From assembly GCA_035558955.1 (NCBI GenBank), contig DATMBX010000046.1:1-50082 (forward strand): a DNA stretch of 50,082 nucleotides. The letters run 5' to 3'. Positions 8,517 through 17,218 of the stretch are shown piece by piece. The notes beneath the pieces were generated by a model. The model had not been told where the DNA came from, made no database searches, and saw only the letters and a program-made list of their open reading frames with translations. The stretch's first letter is position 1. Each line of letters opens with the position of its first letter. This DNA is from Solirubrobacterales bacterium (lineage in GTDB: Bacteria > Actinomycetota > Thermoleophilia > Solirubrobacterales > 70-9). A program made the position numbers and the translations under genes.

Positions 8517-10706
8517 ATGACGCAGCGCAATCGCCGACGTCACAGGCGCCGCGGAGGCGCCCCCAGCAAGGTCCTCTTCGTCGTCGCCGGCGTGGTCGGC
8601 GTGCTTGCGGCGATCGCGATCGGCGTCACTTCCTGGGTGTTGGACGTGGCCGCCAAGGCTCCTCCTCTCTCCGACTGTCGCCCGATCGAGCGCGGCGGCA
8701 ACTCGATCCTCTTCGCCGGCGACGGCAGCCGCCTCGGCTACATCGCCTCCGACGAGGCGCGCACGCCGGTCTCCGTCGCGCGCGTCCCGGAGGACCTCAA
8801 GTACGCCACCGTGGCGATCGAGGACGAGCGCTTCTTCGAGCACGACGGCATCGACTACGAGGGCGGCATCCGCGCGCTGATCGAGAACGTCGAGGCCGGC
8901 AAGATCGTCCAGGGCGGCTCGACGATCACGATGCAGCTGATGCGCAACCTCTGCATCACCGACCCCCAGCGCAACCTCGAGCGCAAGATCCAGGAGGCCC
9001 AGCTGGCGCTGGAGTACGAGAAAAAGTTCTCCAAGCAGGCGATCCTCGGCAAATACCTCAACACCGCCTCCTACGGGACGATCAACGGCTCGACCGCGGT
9101 CGGCGTGCAGGCGGCCTCGCGGATCTTCTTCTCCAGACCGGTCTGGGAGCTGACCCTGGAGCAGGCGGCGCTGCTGGCCGGGCTGCCGCAGGCGCCGTCG
9201 GACTACAACCCGATCCTCAACCCGAAGGGGGCGCTGGCCCGCCGCAACGAAGTCCTCTCCAGCATGGCGAAGCTGGGGTACATCTCCCGCGAGCGCGCGT
9301 TGGAGGGACAGCAGCGCGGCCTCGGGCTGAAGCTCTCCGACACCTACTTCGACCGGGAGCAGCCCTACTTCTTCGACTACGTCGAGGACAAATTGATCGA
9401 GGAGTACGGGGTGAACACTGTGCGCAAGGGCGGGCTGCGGGTCTTCACCACGGTCGACCCGGCGTTGCAGGACGTGGGGCTGGAGGCGATGCGATCGGCC
9501 CTCCCCTATTCGACCGACCCCTCCGCGGCGCTGGTCTCGATCGACCCCGCCACCGGCCACATCGAGGCGATGGTCTCCAGCTCCAACTACGACACGAGCC
9601 AGTTCAACCTCGCCGCGCAGGGACACCGCCAGCCCGGGTCGACCTTCAAGACCTTCGTCCTGGCGACCGCGATCAAGCAAGGGATCGACCCCTACTCGAC
9701 CTACTACACCTCTAGACCGCTGAACCTGGACCTGCCCGAATGGGGGCACTGGGAGGTGGCGACCGCGGACGAGGGCTACCAGGGCACGATCAACCTGCAG
9801 CAGGCGACGGTGGCCTCCGACAACACCGTGTTCGCCCAGCTCGACCTCGACGTCGGGCCCGACAACGTTGCCGAGACGGCGAAGTCGATGGGGATCACGA
9901 CCCAGCTGGACGGGATCCCGGCGGAGGGAATCGGCGGCCTGCGAATCGGCGTCTCGCCGCTGGAGATGTCGAGCGCCTACGCGACGCTCGCCGCCGGTGG
10001 AATCCGGCGCAACCCGATCGCGATCCGGCGGGTGGAGTTCCCGACCGGGCGGATCGACCATCCCGAGCAGGCGGACCCCGCGCGGGTGCTGCCCGAGGCG
10101 GTTGCCTATGAGGTGACCCAGCTCCTGCAGGACAACATCACCGGCGGCACCGGCACCGCCGCCTACACCGGCTGCTACGGCCAAGCGGGGAAGACGGGAA
10201 CGACCGACAACTACACCGATGCCTGGTTCGCGGGCTACCAGCCCAACCTGGCGACTGCGGTCTGGGTCGGCTACCCGCAGTCCAACGACATCGAGATGAC
10301 CAGCGTGCACGGCACGACGGTGTTCGGCGGAACCTTCCCGGCGATGATCTGGAATTCGCTGTATGCGAACGGGGGCGTGCCGTGCGAGGAGTTCGAGGCG
10401 CCGGAGACGCCGATCTCCTGGGCGCCGTACTACGGCGAGTTCACCCAGTCCGGGCCGAGCGAAGACACGTTCTCCGAGGAGGAGAGCGATGTCGATATGG
10501 AGGAGAGAGGAAGAGGGAGAGAGCCCGGCCAGGACGCCGTCGGCGGCTATGACCCCGACGCCTACGCTCCCGGAGCAGGGCAGGAGCCCACGACATCCGA
10601 TCCAGCGCCTTCTCCCACCCCGAGCCCCTCGCCGTCCGGCGGAGGCGGCAGCGCCGGAGTCGGGGGAGGGACAGCCGCAGGCGGCGGCATCGGCGCCCCC
10701 GGTTAG
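8517..10706 (+). CDS. Class A penicillin-binding protein (glycosyltransferase GT51 + transpeptidase)
   Basis: N-terminal TM anchor. GT51 motifs EDERFFEHDGID and GGSTITMQL. Transpeptidase motifs STFK, SDN and KTGT. Pro/Ser/Gly-rich C-terminal tail. Confidence 0.9.
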   Translation: MTQRNRRRHRRRGGAPSKVLFVVAGVVGVLAAIAIGVTSWVLDVAAKAPPLSDCRPIERGGNSILFAGDGSRLGYIASDEARTPVSVARVPEDLKYATVAIEDERFFEHDGIDYEGGIRALIENVEAGKIVQGGSTITMQLMRNLCITDPQRNLERKIQEAQLALEYEKKFSKQAILGKYLNTASYGTINGSTAVGVQAASRIFFSRPVWELTLEQAALLAGLPQAPSDYNPILNPKGALARRNEVLSSMAKLGYISRERALEGQQRGLGLKLSDTYFDREQPYFFDYVEDKLIEEYGVNTVRKGGLRVFTTVDPALQDVGLEAMRSALPYSTDPSAALVSIDPATGHIEAMVSSSNYDTSQFNLAAQGHRQPGSTFKTFVLATAIKQGIDPYSTYYTSRPLNLDLPEWGHWEVATADEGYQGTINLQQATVASDNTVFAQLDLDVGPDNVAETAKSMGITTQLDGIPAEGIGGLRIGVSPLEMSSAYATLAAGGIRRNPIAIRRVEFPTGRIDHPEQADPARVLPEAVAYEVTQLLQDNITGGTGTAAYTGCYGQAGKTGTTDNYTDAWFAGYQPNLATAVWVGYPQSNDIEMTSVHGTTVFGGTFPAMIWNSLYANGGVPCEEFEAPETPISWAPYYGEFTQSGPSEDTFSEEESDVDMEERGRGREPGQDAVGGYDPDAYAPGAGQEPTTSDPAPSPTPSPSPSGGGGSAGVGGGTAAGGGIGAPG

Positions 10707-10715
10707 ATCGCGGAC

Positions 10716-11855
10716 TTGAGCCCGAGCCTGGCCTACGCCCTGATGTGGGTGGGGTTCGCCGCCTACCTCGGTGTGCTGGCGGCGGCGCCCCGGCTGGGAC
10801 GGGGGTTTGTATGGGGAGCGATCGCAGTTGCGGTCGCAGCCTTCGCCGTCGCCCCGGTCCTCCTCTCCCACGATGTCTACAGCTACGTCGACTATGCCCG
10901 TCTCGGTGTCGTCCACGGGCTCGATCCCTACGTCCACCCACCGTCCGCGGCGCCAGCCGACCCCGCGTTCGCCCGAGTCGCCTGGCCGGACACGACCAGC
11001 GCCTACGGCCCCCTCTTCACCCTGGTCACCTACCCGCTGTCGTGGCTGCCGGTGGATGTGGCGGTCGCCGCGCTGAAGGCCCTTGCCGCGGCCTCCGTGC
11101 TGGGCCTGGCAGCCCTCGTCGCCCGCCTCGCCCCCGCGCGCGGCGTAGATCCGCTGCGGGCCGCCGCCTTCGTCGCCCTCAACCCCCTGGTCCTGGTCCA
11201 CGTCGTCGGCGGCGCGCACAACGACGGCCTTGCGATGCTGCTCGCGATGGCGGGAGTGGCCGCGATCCTGGTCGCCCGCGAGTACTCCGGCGCCGCCGCG
11301 CTCGTCGCGGCAGGTGCCGTGAAGGCCTCGACACTGGTGGTCTTCCCCTTCGCGTTCCTCGCCACCTTCCGGCGAAACTCTTGCCTGCACGCGTTTGACA
11401 GCTATGACATGCCAAACGCGTGCAGGTCGAAGCGATTATTGGCCGGGGGCGCCGTGGCGTTGGCTGCGATCGCGGCGCTCGGATACACCACCTTCGGCTG
11501 GGATTGGCTGGGCTCGATCGGCCTGGCGGGAGAGAACCAGTCCCGCACCAGCTACATGAGCATCCCGATCACCACCGCCCGCCTCACGGGCATCGACCCC
11601 AACGCGATCCGCGTCGCGGCCCTCGTCCTCTACGCCGCCTTCGTCACCTACCTGCTGGTCCGAACCTGGCGCGGCGCCGACTGGATCGAAGCAGCCGCCT
11701 GGGCAAGCCTCGCCCTCCTCCTAGCCACCTCCTGGCTCCTCCCCTGGTACCTCATTTGGACTCTTCCCTTGATCGCGCTTTCAAGGAACCACAAGCTCCA
11801 AATCCTGGTCCTGACCCTCACGGCCTACCAGCTTGGCGCCCGCATCCCGCTCTGA
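10716..11855 (+). CDS. Polytopic membrane glycosyltransferase, GT87/DUF2029-like (polyprenol-phosphate-mannose-dependent mannosyltransferase family)
   Basis: 379-aa multi-TM ORF (TTG start) with the N-terminal loop motif HDVYSYVDYARLGVVHGLDPY typical of this family. It sits directly downstream of the PBP gene and carries an in-frame palindromic low-GC insert (see findings). Confidence 0.55.
   Translation: MSPSLAYALMWVGFAAYLGVLAAAPRLGRGFVWGAIAVAVAAFAVAPVLLSHDVYSYVDYARLGVVHGLDPYVHPPSAAPADPAFARVAWPDTTSAYGPLFTLVTYPLSWLPVDVAVAALKALAAASVLGLAALVARLAPARGVDPLRAAAFVALNPLVLVHVVGGAHNDGLAMLLAMAGVAAILVAREYSGAAALVAAGAVKASTLVVFPFAFLATFRRNSCLHAFDSYDMPNACRSKRLLAGGAVALAAIAALGYTTFGWDWLGSIGLAGENQSRTSYMSIPITTARLTGIDPNAIRVAALVLYAAFVTYLLVRTWRGADWIEAAAWASLALLLATSWLLPWYLIWTLPLIALSRNHKLQILVLTLTAYQLGARIPL
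11384..11426. repeat. Perfect 14-bp inverted repeat with a 15-nt AT-rich loop, embedded in frame in the GT87-like CDS
   Basis: CCTGCACGCGTTTG (11384-11397) and CAAACGCGTGCAGG (11413-11426) are exact reverse complements. The surrounding ~70 nt are visibly less GC-rich than the rest of the gene. Confidence 0.7.
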
Positions 11856-11902
11856 GCAAACACTCGGCGGAAGGGCCTCCATATCTCGCGGAGCGTTCGC
11901 AA

Positions 11903-12020
11903 GGGCGAAGAGGATGTCCCCCGAACCGACGGATACTCAGAGCGGCCGGCCGGATGCGACCGAACCTAGTCTGCGGCTTGTGCCGGCCGCGAGTCGGGGC
12001 GGGGGACATCCTCTTCGCCC
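11903..12020. repeat. Nested inverted repeats between convergent genes: a 21-bp perfect outer stem and a 9-bp inner stem (candidate bidirectional terminator or small IR-bounded element)
   Basis: 11903-11923 (GGGCGAAGAGGATGTCCCCCG) is the exact reverse complement of 12000-12020. The inner pair is GCGGCCGGC (11942-11950) / GCCGGCCGC (11982-11990). The right arm lies inside the 3' end of the 11966-13057 CDS. Confidence 0.6.
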
Positions 12021-13057
12021 CTCTCTGCGGCCTCCTCCTCGGGAGACGGGTGGATCACGCCAGTCGGGATCGACCATCCCTCACGTTTGCCCAACGCAGT
12101 CACGGCACCGACATAGAAGACCTCCACCACGGTCATCACCCCACGAACCGCAATCGCGATCAGCGACCCGATCGCAAAGCTGTTGGCGGGAACCGCGGCC
12201 TTGACCGCCCAGGCAAAGGCGGCGTCGCGGATGCCGAGGCCCGCCGGTGCGACCAGCGTGACCAGCGCGGCGACATAGCCGACCGCCTGCGCCGAGCCGA
12301 CGATCAGCGCGTCGCGGAAGGGGATCGTGGTGACGGAGCGCGCCACGCAGTAGACGCCGAGGCCGACCACCACCCAGATCACCGCGTAGAAGGCCAGCAT
12401 CGTCAACACCCCGCGCATCGGCATCACCGCCGGCAGCGACTCGCGCCCGAAGGCGCGCAGCACTCGGTTGGCGAGCGGGCCGAAGACCCGGGGGCTGAGG
12501 ACGACGAGGCCGACCGGGACGACCAGGAGCACCGCCCAGCGCAGCGGCTGCCCCTGTAGGTCGGGATGGCTGATGAAGAAGTAGGAGGCTACGGCCACGG
12601 CCGCGGTGGCGGAAAGCGCCTGCTCGTAGACGATGCTGGCGATCGTCGTTCGCCGCGGCACTCCCACTCGCTCGGCGAGCAGCACCCTGCCCAATATGTA
12701 GAGGACGCTGCCCGGCACGTAGCGCGCGAGAAGCGGCTGGCCCCATGCGACCTGGGCGCGGCCGACGCCGATGCGGTAGCCGAGGAAGCGCAGGATCACG
12801 TCCCAGGCCCCGGCGCTGAGCCCGTAGAAGCAGAGCAGGAGGGCGACGGCCGGGACCAGCCACACCCCGTGGAAATGGACCCCCTTGTCCTTGATCTCGC
12901 TCCACTGGTTGACGACCGTGAGGACGAGGAAGCCGAAGATGACGACGGCGAGGCCGAGCTGGAGCGCCAGCCGCACGCGCTTGCTGCGCGGCGGGCGGGA
13001 GCCGACCTTGGCCCCAGCCTCTCCGATGCGGTGCAGAAGTGGTTGGCGCTGCTCCAC
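11966..13057 (-). CDS. UPF0104 / lysylphosphatidylglycerol-synthase-like transmembrane-domain (flippase-like) protein
   Basis: 363-aa polytopic protein. Its N-terminal basic stretch, followed by LQLGLAVVIFGFLVL..., and the ARYVPGSVLYILGR motif resemble this family. Confidence 0.65.
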   Translation of the reverse strand: MEQRQPLLHRIGEAGAKVGSRPPRSKRVRLALQLGLAVVIFGFLVLTVVNQWSEIKDKGVHFHGVWLVPAVALLLCFYGLSAGAWDVILRFLGYRIGVGRAQVAWGQPLLARYVPGSVLYILGRVLLAERVGVPRRTTIASIVYEQALSATAAVAVASYFFISHPDLQGQPLRWAVLLVVPVGLVVLSPRVFGPLANRVLRAFGRESLPAVMPMRGVLTMLAFYAVIWVVVGLGVYCVARSVTTIPFRDALIVGSAQAVGYVAALVTLVAPAGLGIRDAAFAWAVKAAVPANSFAIGSLIAIAVRGVMTVVEVFYVGAVTALGKREGWSIPTGVIHPSPEEEAAERGEEDVPRPDSRPAQAAD

Positions 13058-13084
13058 GAGCGACTCACCCTAGACAATGGGGGC

Positions 13085-14053
13085 ATGGGCGAGTTCGAAC
13101 TGCTGGCGCGCATTCGGGAGCGGCTACCCCCGGCGGTGCCGCGGGTGCGGGTCGGGATGGGCGACGACGCCGCCGTCACCGTGCCCGGCGGGGCCACCGC
13201 CACCTCCGTCGACGCCATCGTCGACGGAGTCCACTTCCGCCGCGACCGCTGCACGCCGGCCCAGGTCGGCCACAAGGCGCTCGCCACGGCGCTATCCGAC
13301 CTGGCGGCGATGGGAGCGGAAGCCGGGGAGGCCTACGTCGTGCTCGGCGTCCCGCACGGAATGAGCGAGGAAGAGTGCATCGAGCTGCTCGACGGGATCG
13401 TGACGCTCGCGGAGCGGACCGGAACGGCTCTGGCCGGCGGCGACGTCACCCGCGCCCCGGCGCTCACGGTCGCGATGACCGTGGTCGGCCACGCGGCGAG
13501 CGCAGAGGAGTTCGTCACCCGCGCCGGCGCGCGGCCGGGAGATGCCCTTGTCCTCACCGGAGAGCTCGGCGCGGCGGCGGCGGGACTGCTCCTCCTCGAG
13601 CAGCCCGAGCTGGCCTCCGCCGTCAGCGCGGAGACCGCCGAGCGGCTGCGCGAGCGCCAGCTCGAGCCGAACCCCCGCCTCGGCGCCGGCCGCGCCCTTG
13701 CGCGGGCCGGCGCGACCGCGATGATCGACCTCAGCGACGGCCTCGGCGCCGACGCCGGCCACGTCGCAGCCGAAAGCAAGGTGGGACTGCGAATCGACGG
13801 GGCCGCGGTCCCGCTGGCAAACGGGGTTGCCGAGATCGCGAAGGCCGCGGGGCTGGACCCCCTGACGATGGCGGCCGGCGGTGGCGAGGACTACGAATTG
13901 CTGGCGGCGATGCCCCCGGAGCGACTGCCCGCCGCGACCGCGATGGAGACGACGCTGACGACCGTCGGCGAGGTCGTCGAGGGAGCGGGAGTCGAGGTCA
14001 GGCGGCCTGGCGGCCCGGCACTGGAGCCGTCGGGGTTCGACCAGCTGCGCTGA
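13085..14053 (+). CDS. thiL: Thiamine-monophosphate kinase
   Basis: MGEFELLARIRERL...GMGDDAAV...DAIVDGVHF... matches the AIR-synthase-like ThiL N-terminus, and DLSDGL occurs in the C-terminal half. The ATG is at 13085. The ORF-track extension from 12566 is antisense to the neighbouring gene. Confidence 0.85.
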   Translation: MGEFELLARIRERLPPAVPRVRVGMGDDAAVTVPGGATATSVDAIVDGVHFRRDRCTPAQVGHKALATALSDLAAMGAEAGEAYVVLGVPHGMSEEECIELLDGIVTLAERTGTALAGGDVTRAPALTVAMTVVGHAASAEEFVTRAGARPGDALVLTGELGAAAAGLLLLEQPELASAVSAETAERLRERQLEPNPRLGAGRALARAGATAMIDLSDGLGADAGHVAAESKVGLRIDGAAVPLANGVAEIAKAAGLDPLTMAAGGGEDYELLAAMPPERLPAATAMETTLTTVGEVVEGAGVEVRRPGGPALEPSGFDQLR

Positions 14054-14253
14054 GCGGCCGCGGCCCGTGCAGCAACAGCTCGCGCACGCCGCGCCGCTGC
14101 AGCATCGCCTCGGCGACCCTGGAGGGCTCCGGCCTGTACTGGCCGGTCTCGACAAGAACTTTCAGCTGCTGCGACTGCATGGCTCTCATATCGACCGGCA
14201 GTCCGAGATCCTTAGTTCTGGGTACTAGCACATGCGTCCAATATCCTTTGTGC

Positions 14254-14949
14254 ATGCCTAACGGGTCCGCGCGGATTCTCCTGGTCGACGACGAGCAGTC
14301 GATCCAGACGCTGCTCAGTTACCCGCTGCGCAAGGACGGCTACCACGTCACCTCCGCCCAAGACGGCAGCGAGGCGCTACAGCGCTTCACCGAAGCGCGC
14401 TTCGACCTGGTCATCCTCGACCTGATGCTGCCGAAGCTGGACGGCGTCGAGGTCTGCCGCCGGCTCCGCTCCCGCAGTCAGGTGCCGATCATCATGCTGA
14501 CCGCGAAAGGCAGTGAGACCGACAAGGTGGCCGGGCTCGAAGTGGGCGCCGACGACTACATCACCAAGCCGTTCTCGATGCGCGAGTTCCGCAGCCGGGT
14601 CAAGGCCGCGCTGCGCCGCAGCCGCATGGTCGGCGAGCTGCCCAGAGAGGAGGCGATCGAGAGCGGCGAATTGAAGATCGACTTCGGCCGCCGGCTGGTG
14701 ACGCTGGACGGCGAAGCGGTGAAGGTCACCTACGTCGAGTTCGAGATCCTCGGCGCGCTGGCTCGCACCCCCGGCCGCGTGCTCAGTCGCGAGACCCTGC
14801 TGGAGCACGTCTGGGGGGACTCCGAGTACCGCGACCCGCGCACCGTCGACGTCCACATCCGCCACCTGCGAGAGAAGCTGGAGGCCGACCCCAAGAATCC
14901 CGAGTACCTCTTTACGGTGCGCGGCGTCGGCTACCGGTTCAAAGAATGA
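14254..14949 (+). CDS. OmpR/PhoB-family response regulator
   Basis: Receiver domain (ILLVDDE, DLVILDLMLPKLDG, LTAK) plus a winged-helix output domain (VEFEILGAL..., RTVDVHIRHLREKL, TVRGVGYRF). ATG at 14254. Confidence 0.9.
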   Translation: MPNGSARILLVDDEQSIQTLLSYPLRKDGYHVTSAQDGSEALQRFTEARFDLVILDLMLPKLDGVEVCRRLRSRSQVPIIMLTAKGSETDKVAGLEVGADDYITKPFSMREFRSRVKAALRRSRMVGELPREEAIESGELKIDFGRRLVTLDGEAVKVTYVEFEILGALARTPGRVLSRETLLEHVWGDSEYRDPRTVDVHIRHLREKLEADPKNPEYLFTVRGVGYRFKE

Positions 14950-16007
14950 GAAATCTTCGCCTAACGCCCCTCGGCAGCATGATCACCACGGTCTCGTTGG
15001 CAATCGGGGCCGGCACGTCCCTCGTCATCTACGCCTATGTCGCCCTGATCGGCGGCGACTCCGAAGCGAAGCACGAAGTTCTCGTCGGCGGCCTGATCGC
15101 CCTCTTCCTCGCCCTGGCCATCGGCTTCTACTTCGCGCAGCTGGTGGCGATCCGGATAAGGCGGCTGCAGGATGCGGCGCGCGAGGTCGCCGACGGAAAC
15201 TTCGAGACCCGCATCCCGGTCGACTCCGGGGGTCAGCTGGGCCAACTCGCTCGCACCTTCAACGAGATGCAGCGCCGGCTGGCCGAGCTGGACAACGCGC
15301 GCAAGCAGTTCATCGCCAACGCCTCCCATGAGCTGCGCACTCCTATCTTCAGCCTCGGCGGCTTCGTCGAACTGCTCGAGGACGAGGACCCCAGCCCCGA
15401 GGAGAGGGCCGAGTTCGTGCGCACCATGCGCCAGCAGATCGACCGGCTCACCAAGCTGACCACGGACCTGCTCGATCTCTCTCAGCTGGACGCCGGCGAG
15501 TTCGTGATGGCGTCGCAAAGCGTCGACCTGGGCCGGCTCGCCCGCGAGGTGGTGCGGGAGTTCGGGCCGCGGGCCGACCGCCACGGCTCCCGTCTGGAAC
15601 TGCGAACCCCCGATCGCCCCGCCGTTGCCGTCGCCGATCCGGATCGCGTGCGGCAGATCGTGCGTATCCTGCTCGACAATGCCATCGCCCACACCCCAGA
15701 GGGCACCAAGGTAACCGTGACCACCTACTCCGCCAACCGCCGCGCCGCACTCACCGTCTCCGACGAGGGACGGGGCATCCCCCAGCGCGTCCAGGGACGG
15801 ATCTTCGAACGCTTCTACACCGCGGACTCGGCGGGAGGATCGGGACTGGGACTGGCGATCGCGCGCGAGCTGGCGCAGCGAATGGACGGCGGCATCGCGA
15901 TCTCCTCCAGCAAGCGCTTCACCGCCTTCACCCTGGACCTGCCGCCCGCCGGCGATCCGACTCCCGCCCCCCGCCACCTTGCCGCGCCGGTCGAGGCGAG
16001 CGCGTGA
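14946..16007 (+). CDS. Sensor histidine kinase (two TM segments with a very short external loop, HAMP, HisKA, HATPase_c)
   Basis: H-box ASHELRTPIF, N-box LLDNAIAHTP, G-boxes DEGRGI and GGSGLGLAI. There is a 4-nt ATGA overlap with the response regulator gene. Confidence 0.9.
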   Translation: MRNLRLTPLGSMITTVSLAIGAGTSLVIYAYVALIGGDSEAKHEVLVGGLIALFLALAIGFYFAQLVAIRIRRLQDAAREVADGNFETRIPVDSGGQLGQLARTFNEMQRRLAELDNARKQFIANASHELRTPIFSLGGFVELLEDEDPSPEERAEFVRTMRQQIDRLTKLTTDLLDLSQLDAGEFVMASQSVDLGRLAREVVREFGPRADRHGSRLELRTPDRPAVAVADPDRVRQIVRILLDNAIAHTPEGTKVTVTTYSANRRAALTVSDEGRGIPQRVQGRIFERFYTADSAGGSGLGLAIARELAQRMDGGIAISSSKRFTAFTLDLPPAGDPTPAPRHLAAPVEASA

Positions 16008-17182
16008 GGGCCCGCGCGGCCGCCACCTCGGCGCTGCTGGCGCTGGCGCTGCTCTCCGGCTGTGGGTCGAACGGGGAGAACTCCGCCGAGACATCCACGA
16101 CGACAACGTCGCCGCCCCCGCCGCCCCGGGTGGTCGTCCAGACCTCCGAGGACGGCTTCAACGCCGCCAGGGTCTACAGAGAGGCGGCGCCCGGCGTGGT
16201 CACGATCCGCTCGATCTTCGGCGCCGAGGAGGCCGACAGCTCCGACCCCTTCGGCGGGCCAAGCGCCGCCGAAGGCTCCGGCTTCGTCCTCGACTCCAGC
16301 GGTCACATCGTCACCAACGCCCACGTCGTAACCGACGGCGGCGCCGGGCGCAAGGCCGCGAGCGCTGTCTTCGTCGAGTTCCCCGACCGCAACATCGTTC
16401 CCGCCGAGATCGTCGGGTTCGACCCCTTCGCCGACGTCGCCCTGCTGAAGGTCTCCCCCAACGGATTCGACCTGCATCCACTGGAGCTGGGCGACGACAG
16501 CGAGTTGGTGGTCGGGCAGCCGGTGGCGGCGATCGGCAGCCCCTTCGGCGAGCAGCAGTCGCTCTCGGTCGGGATCGTCTCCGCGACCAACCGCTCGGTC
16601 AAATCGCTGACTGAGTTCCAGATCGAGGGGGCGATCCAGACCGACGCCTCGATCAACCCCGGCAACTCCGGCGGGCCGCTGCTGGACGCCGGCGCTCGCG
16701 TGATCGGCATCAACCAGCAGATCGAGACCAGCTCCGGCGCCAACGACGGCGTCGGCTTCGCGGTCCCGGTTTCGGCGGTCAAGCGCTCGGTCGCTCAGCT
16801 CAAAGAGGACGGCAAGGTCGAGTACGCCTACATCGGCGTCTCCAGCCAGGCCCTCTACCCGCAGCTGGCCAGGCGGCTCGGCCTCGACACCGAGTTCGGC
16901 GGGCTGATCGCGGAGGTCGTCTCCGACGGACCCGCCGATCGCGCCGGCCTGCGCGGCAGCGACGAAAGAGTGCGCTTCCAGGCCGGCGCCTACGAGACCG
17001 GCGGCGACGTGATCCTCTCGGTCAACGGCCGTGAGGTGGTCCTCCCCGACGACCTCGCTCGCTTCATCTCCTCCTACCGGCCGGGGGAGGAAGTGACGCT
17101 GAAAGTCCTGCGCGCGAGCGGCGAGGTCGAGGACGTGCAGGTGACGCTGGGCAAGCGGCCGTCCGCCGTGCCAAGCGGCTGA
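16004..17182 (+). CDS. HtrA/DegP-family trypsin-like serine protease with a PDZ domain (lipobox-like signal peptide)
   Basis: LLALALLSGCGS lipobox-like signal. Catalytic His (TNAHVV), Asp (DVALLK) and Ser (GNSGGPLL). C-terminal PDZ-like region. The start overlaps the kinase gene stop (GTGA). Confidence 0.85.
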   Translation: MRARAAATSALLALALLSGCGSNGENSAETSTTTTSPPPPPRVVVQTSEDGFNAARVYREAAPGVVTIRSIFGAEEADSSDPFGGPSAAEGSGFVLDSSGHIVTNAHVVTDGGAGRKAASAVFVEFPDRNIVPAEIVGFDPFADVALLKVSPNGFDLHPLELGDDSELVVGQPVAAIGSPFGEQQSLSVGIVSATNRSVKSLTEFQIEGAIQTDASINPGNSGGPLLDAGARVIGINQQIETSSGANDGVGFAVPVSAVKRSVAQLKEDGKVEYAYIGVSSQALYPQLARRLGLDTEFGGLIAEVVSDGPADRAGLRGSDERVRFQAGAYETGGDVILSVNGREVVLPDDLARFISSYRPGEEVTLKVLRASGEVEDVQVTLGKRPSAVPSG

Positions 17183-17218
17183 TCCGCCCCGCGCCGCCCG
17201 GACCTGTAGAAATCGCGA

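Noticed and set aside
8085-11390. Very long antisense ORF (1101 aa, minus strand) covering the PBP and mannosyltransferase genes
   Set aside because: The translation is dominated by Arg/Gly/Asp/Pro/Ala with no recognisable motifs. This is typical of stop-codon-poor alternative frames in very GC-rich DNA. The opposite strand carries unmistakable PBP motifs (EDERFF, STFK, SDN, KTGT).
12566-13084. N-terminal extensions of ORF-track entries (12566-14053 for thiL, 13039-14949 for the response regulator, 3693-4970, 5786-6349, 25232-26644, 37361-38251, 47471-48256 and 2978-4534)
   Set aside because: The extended parts have junk composition and run antisense through neighbouring genes. Conserved N-termini and sensible RBS/start codons occur at the internal starts that I used.
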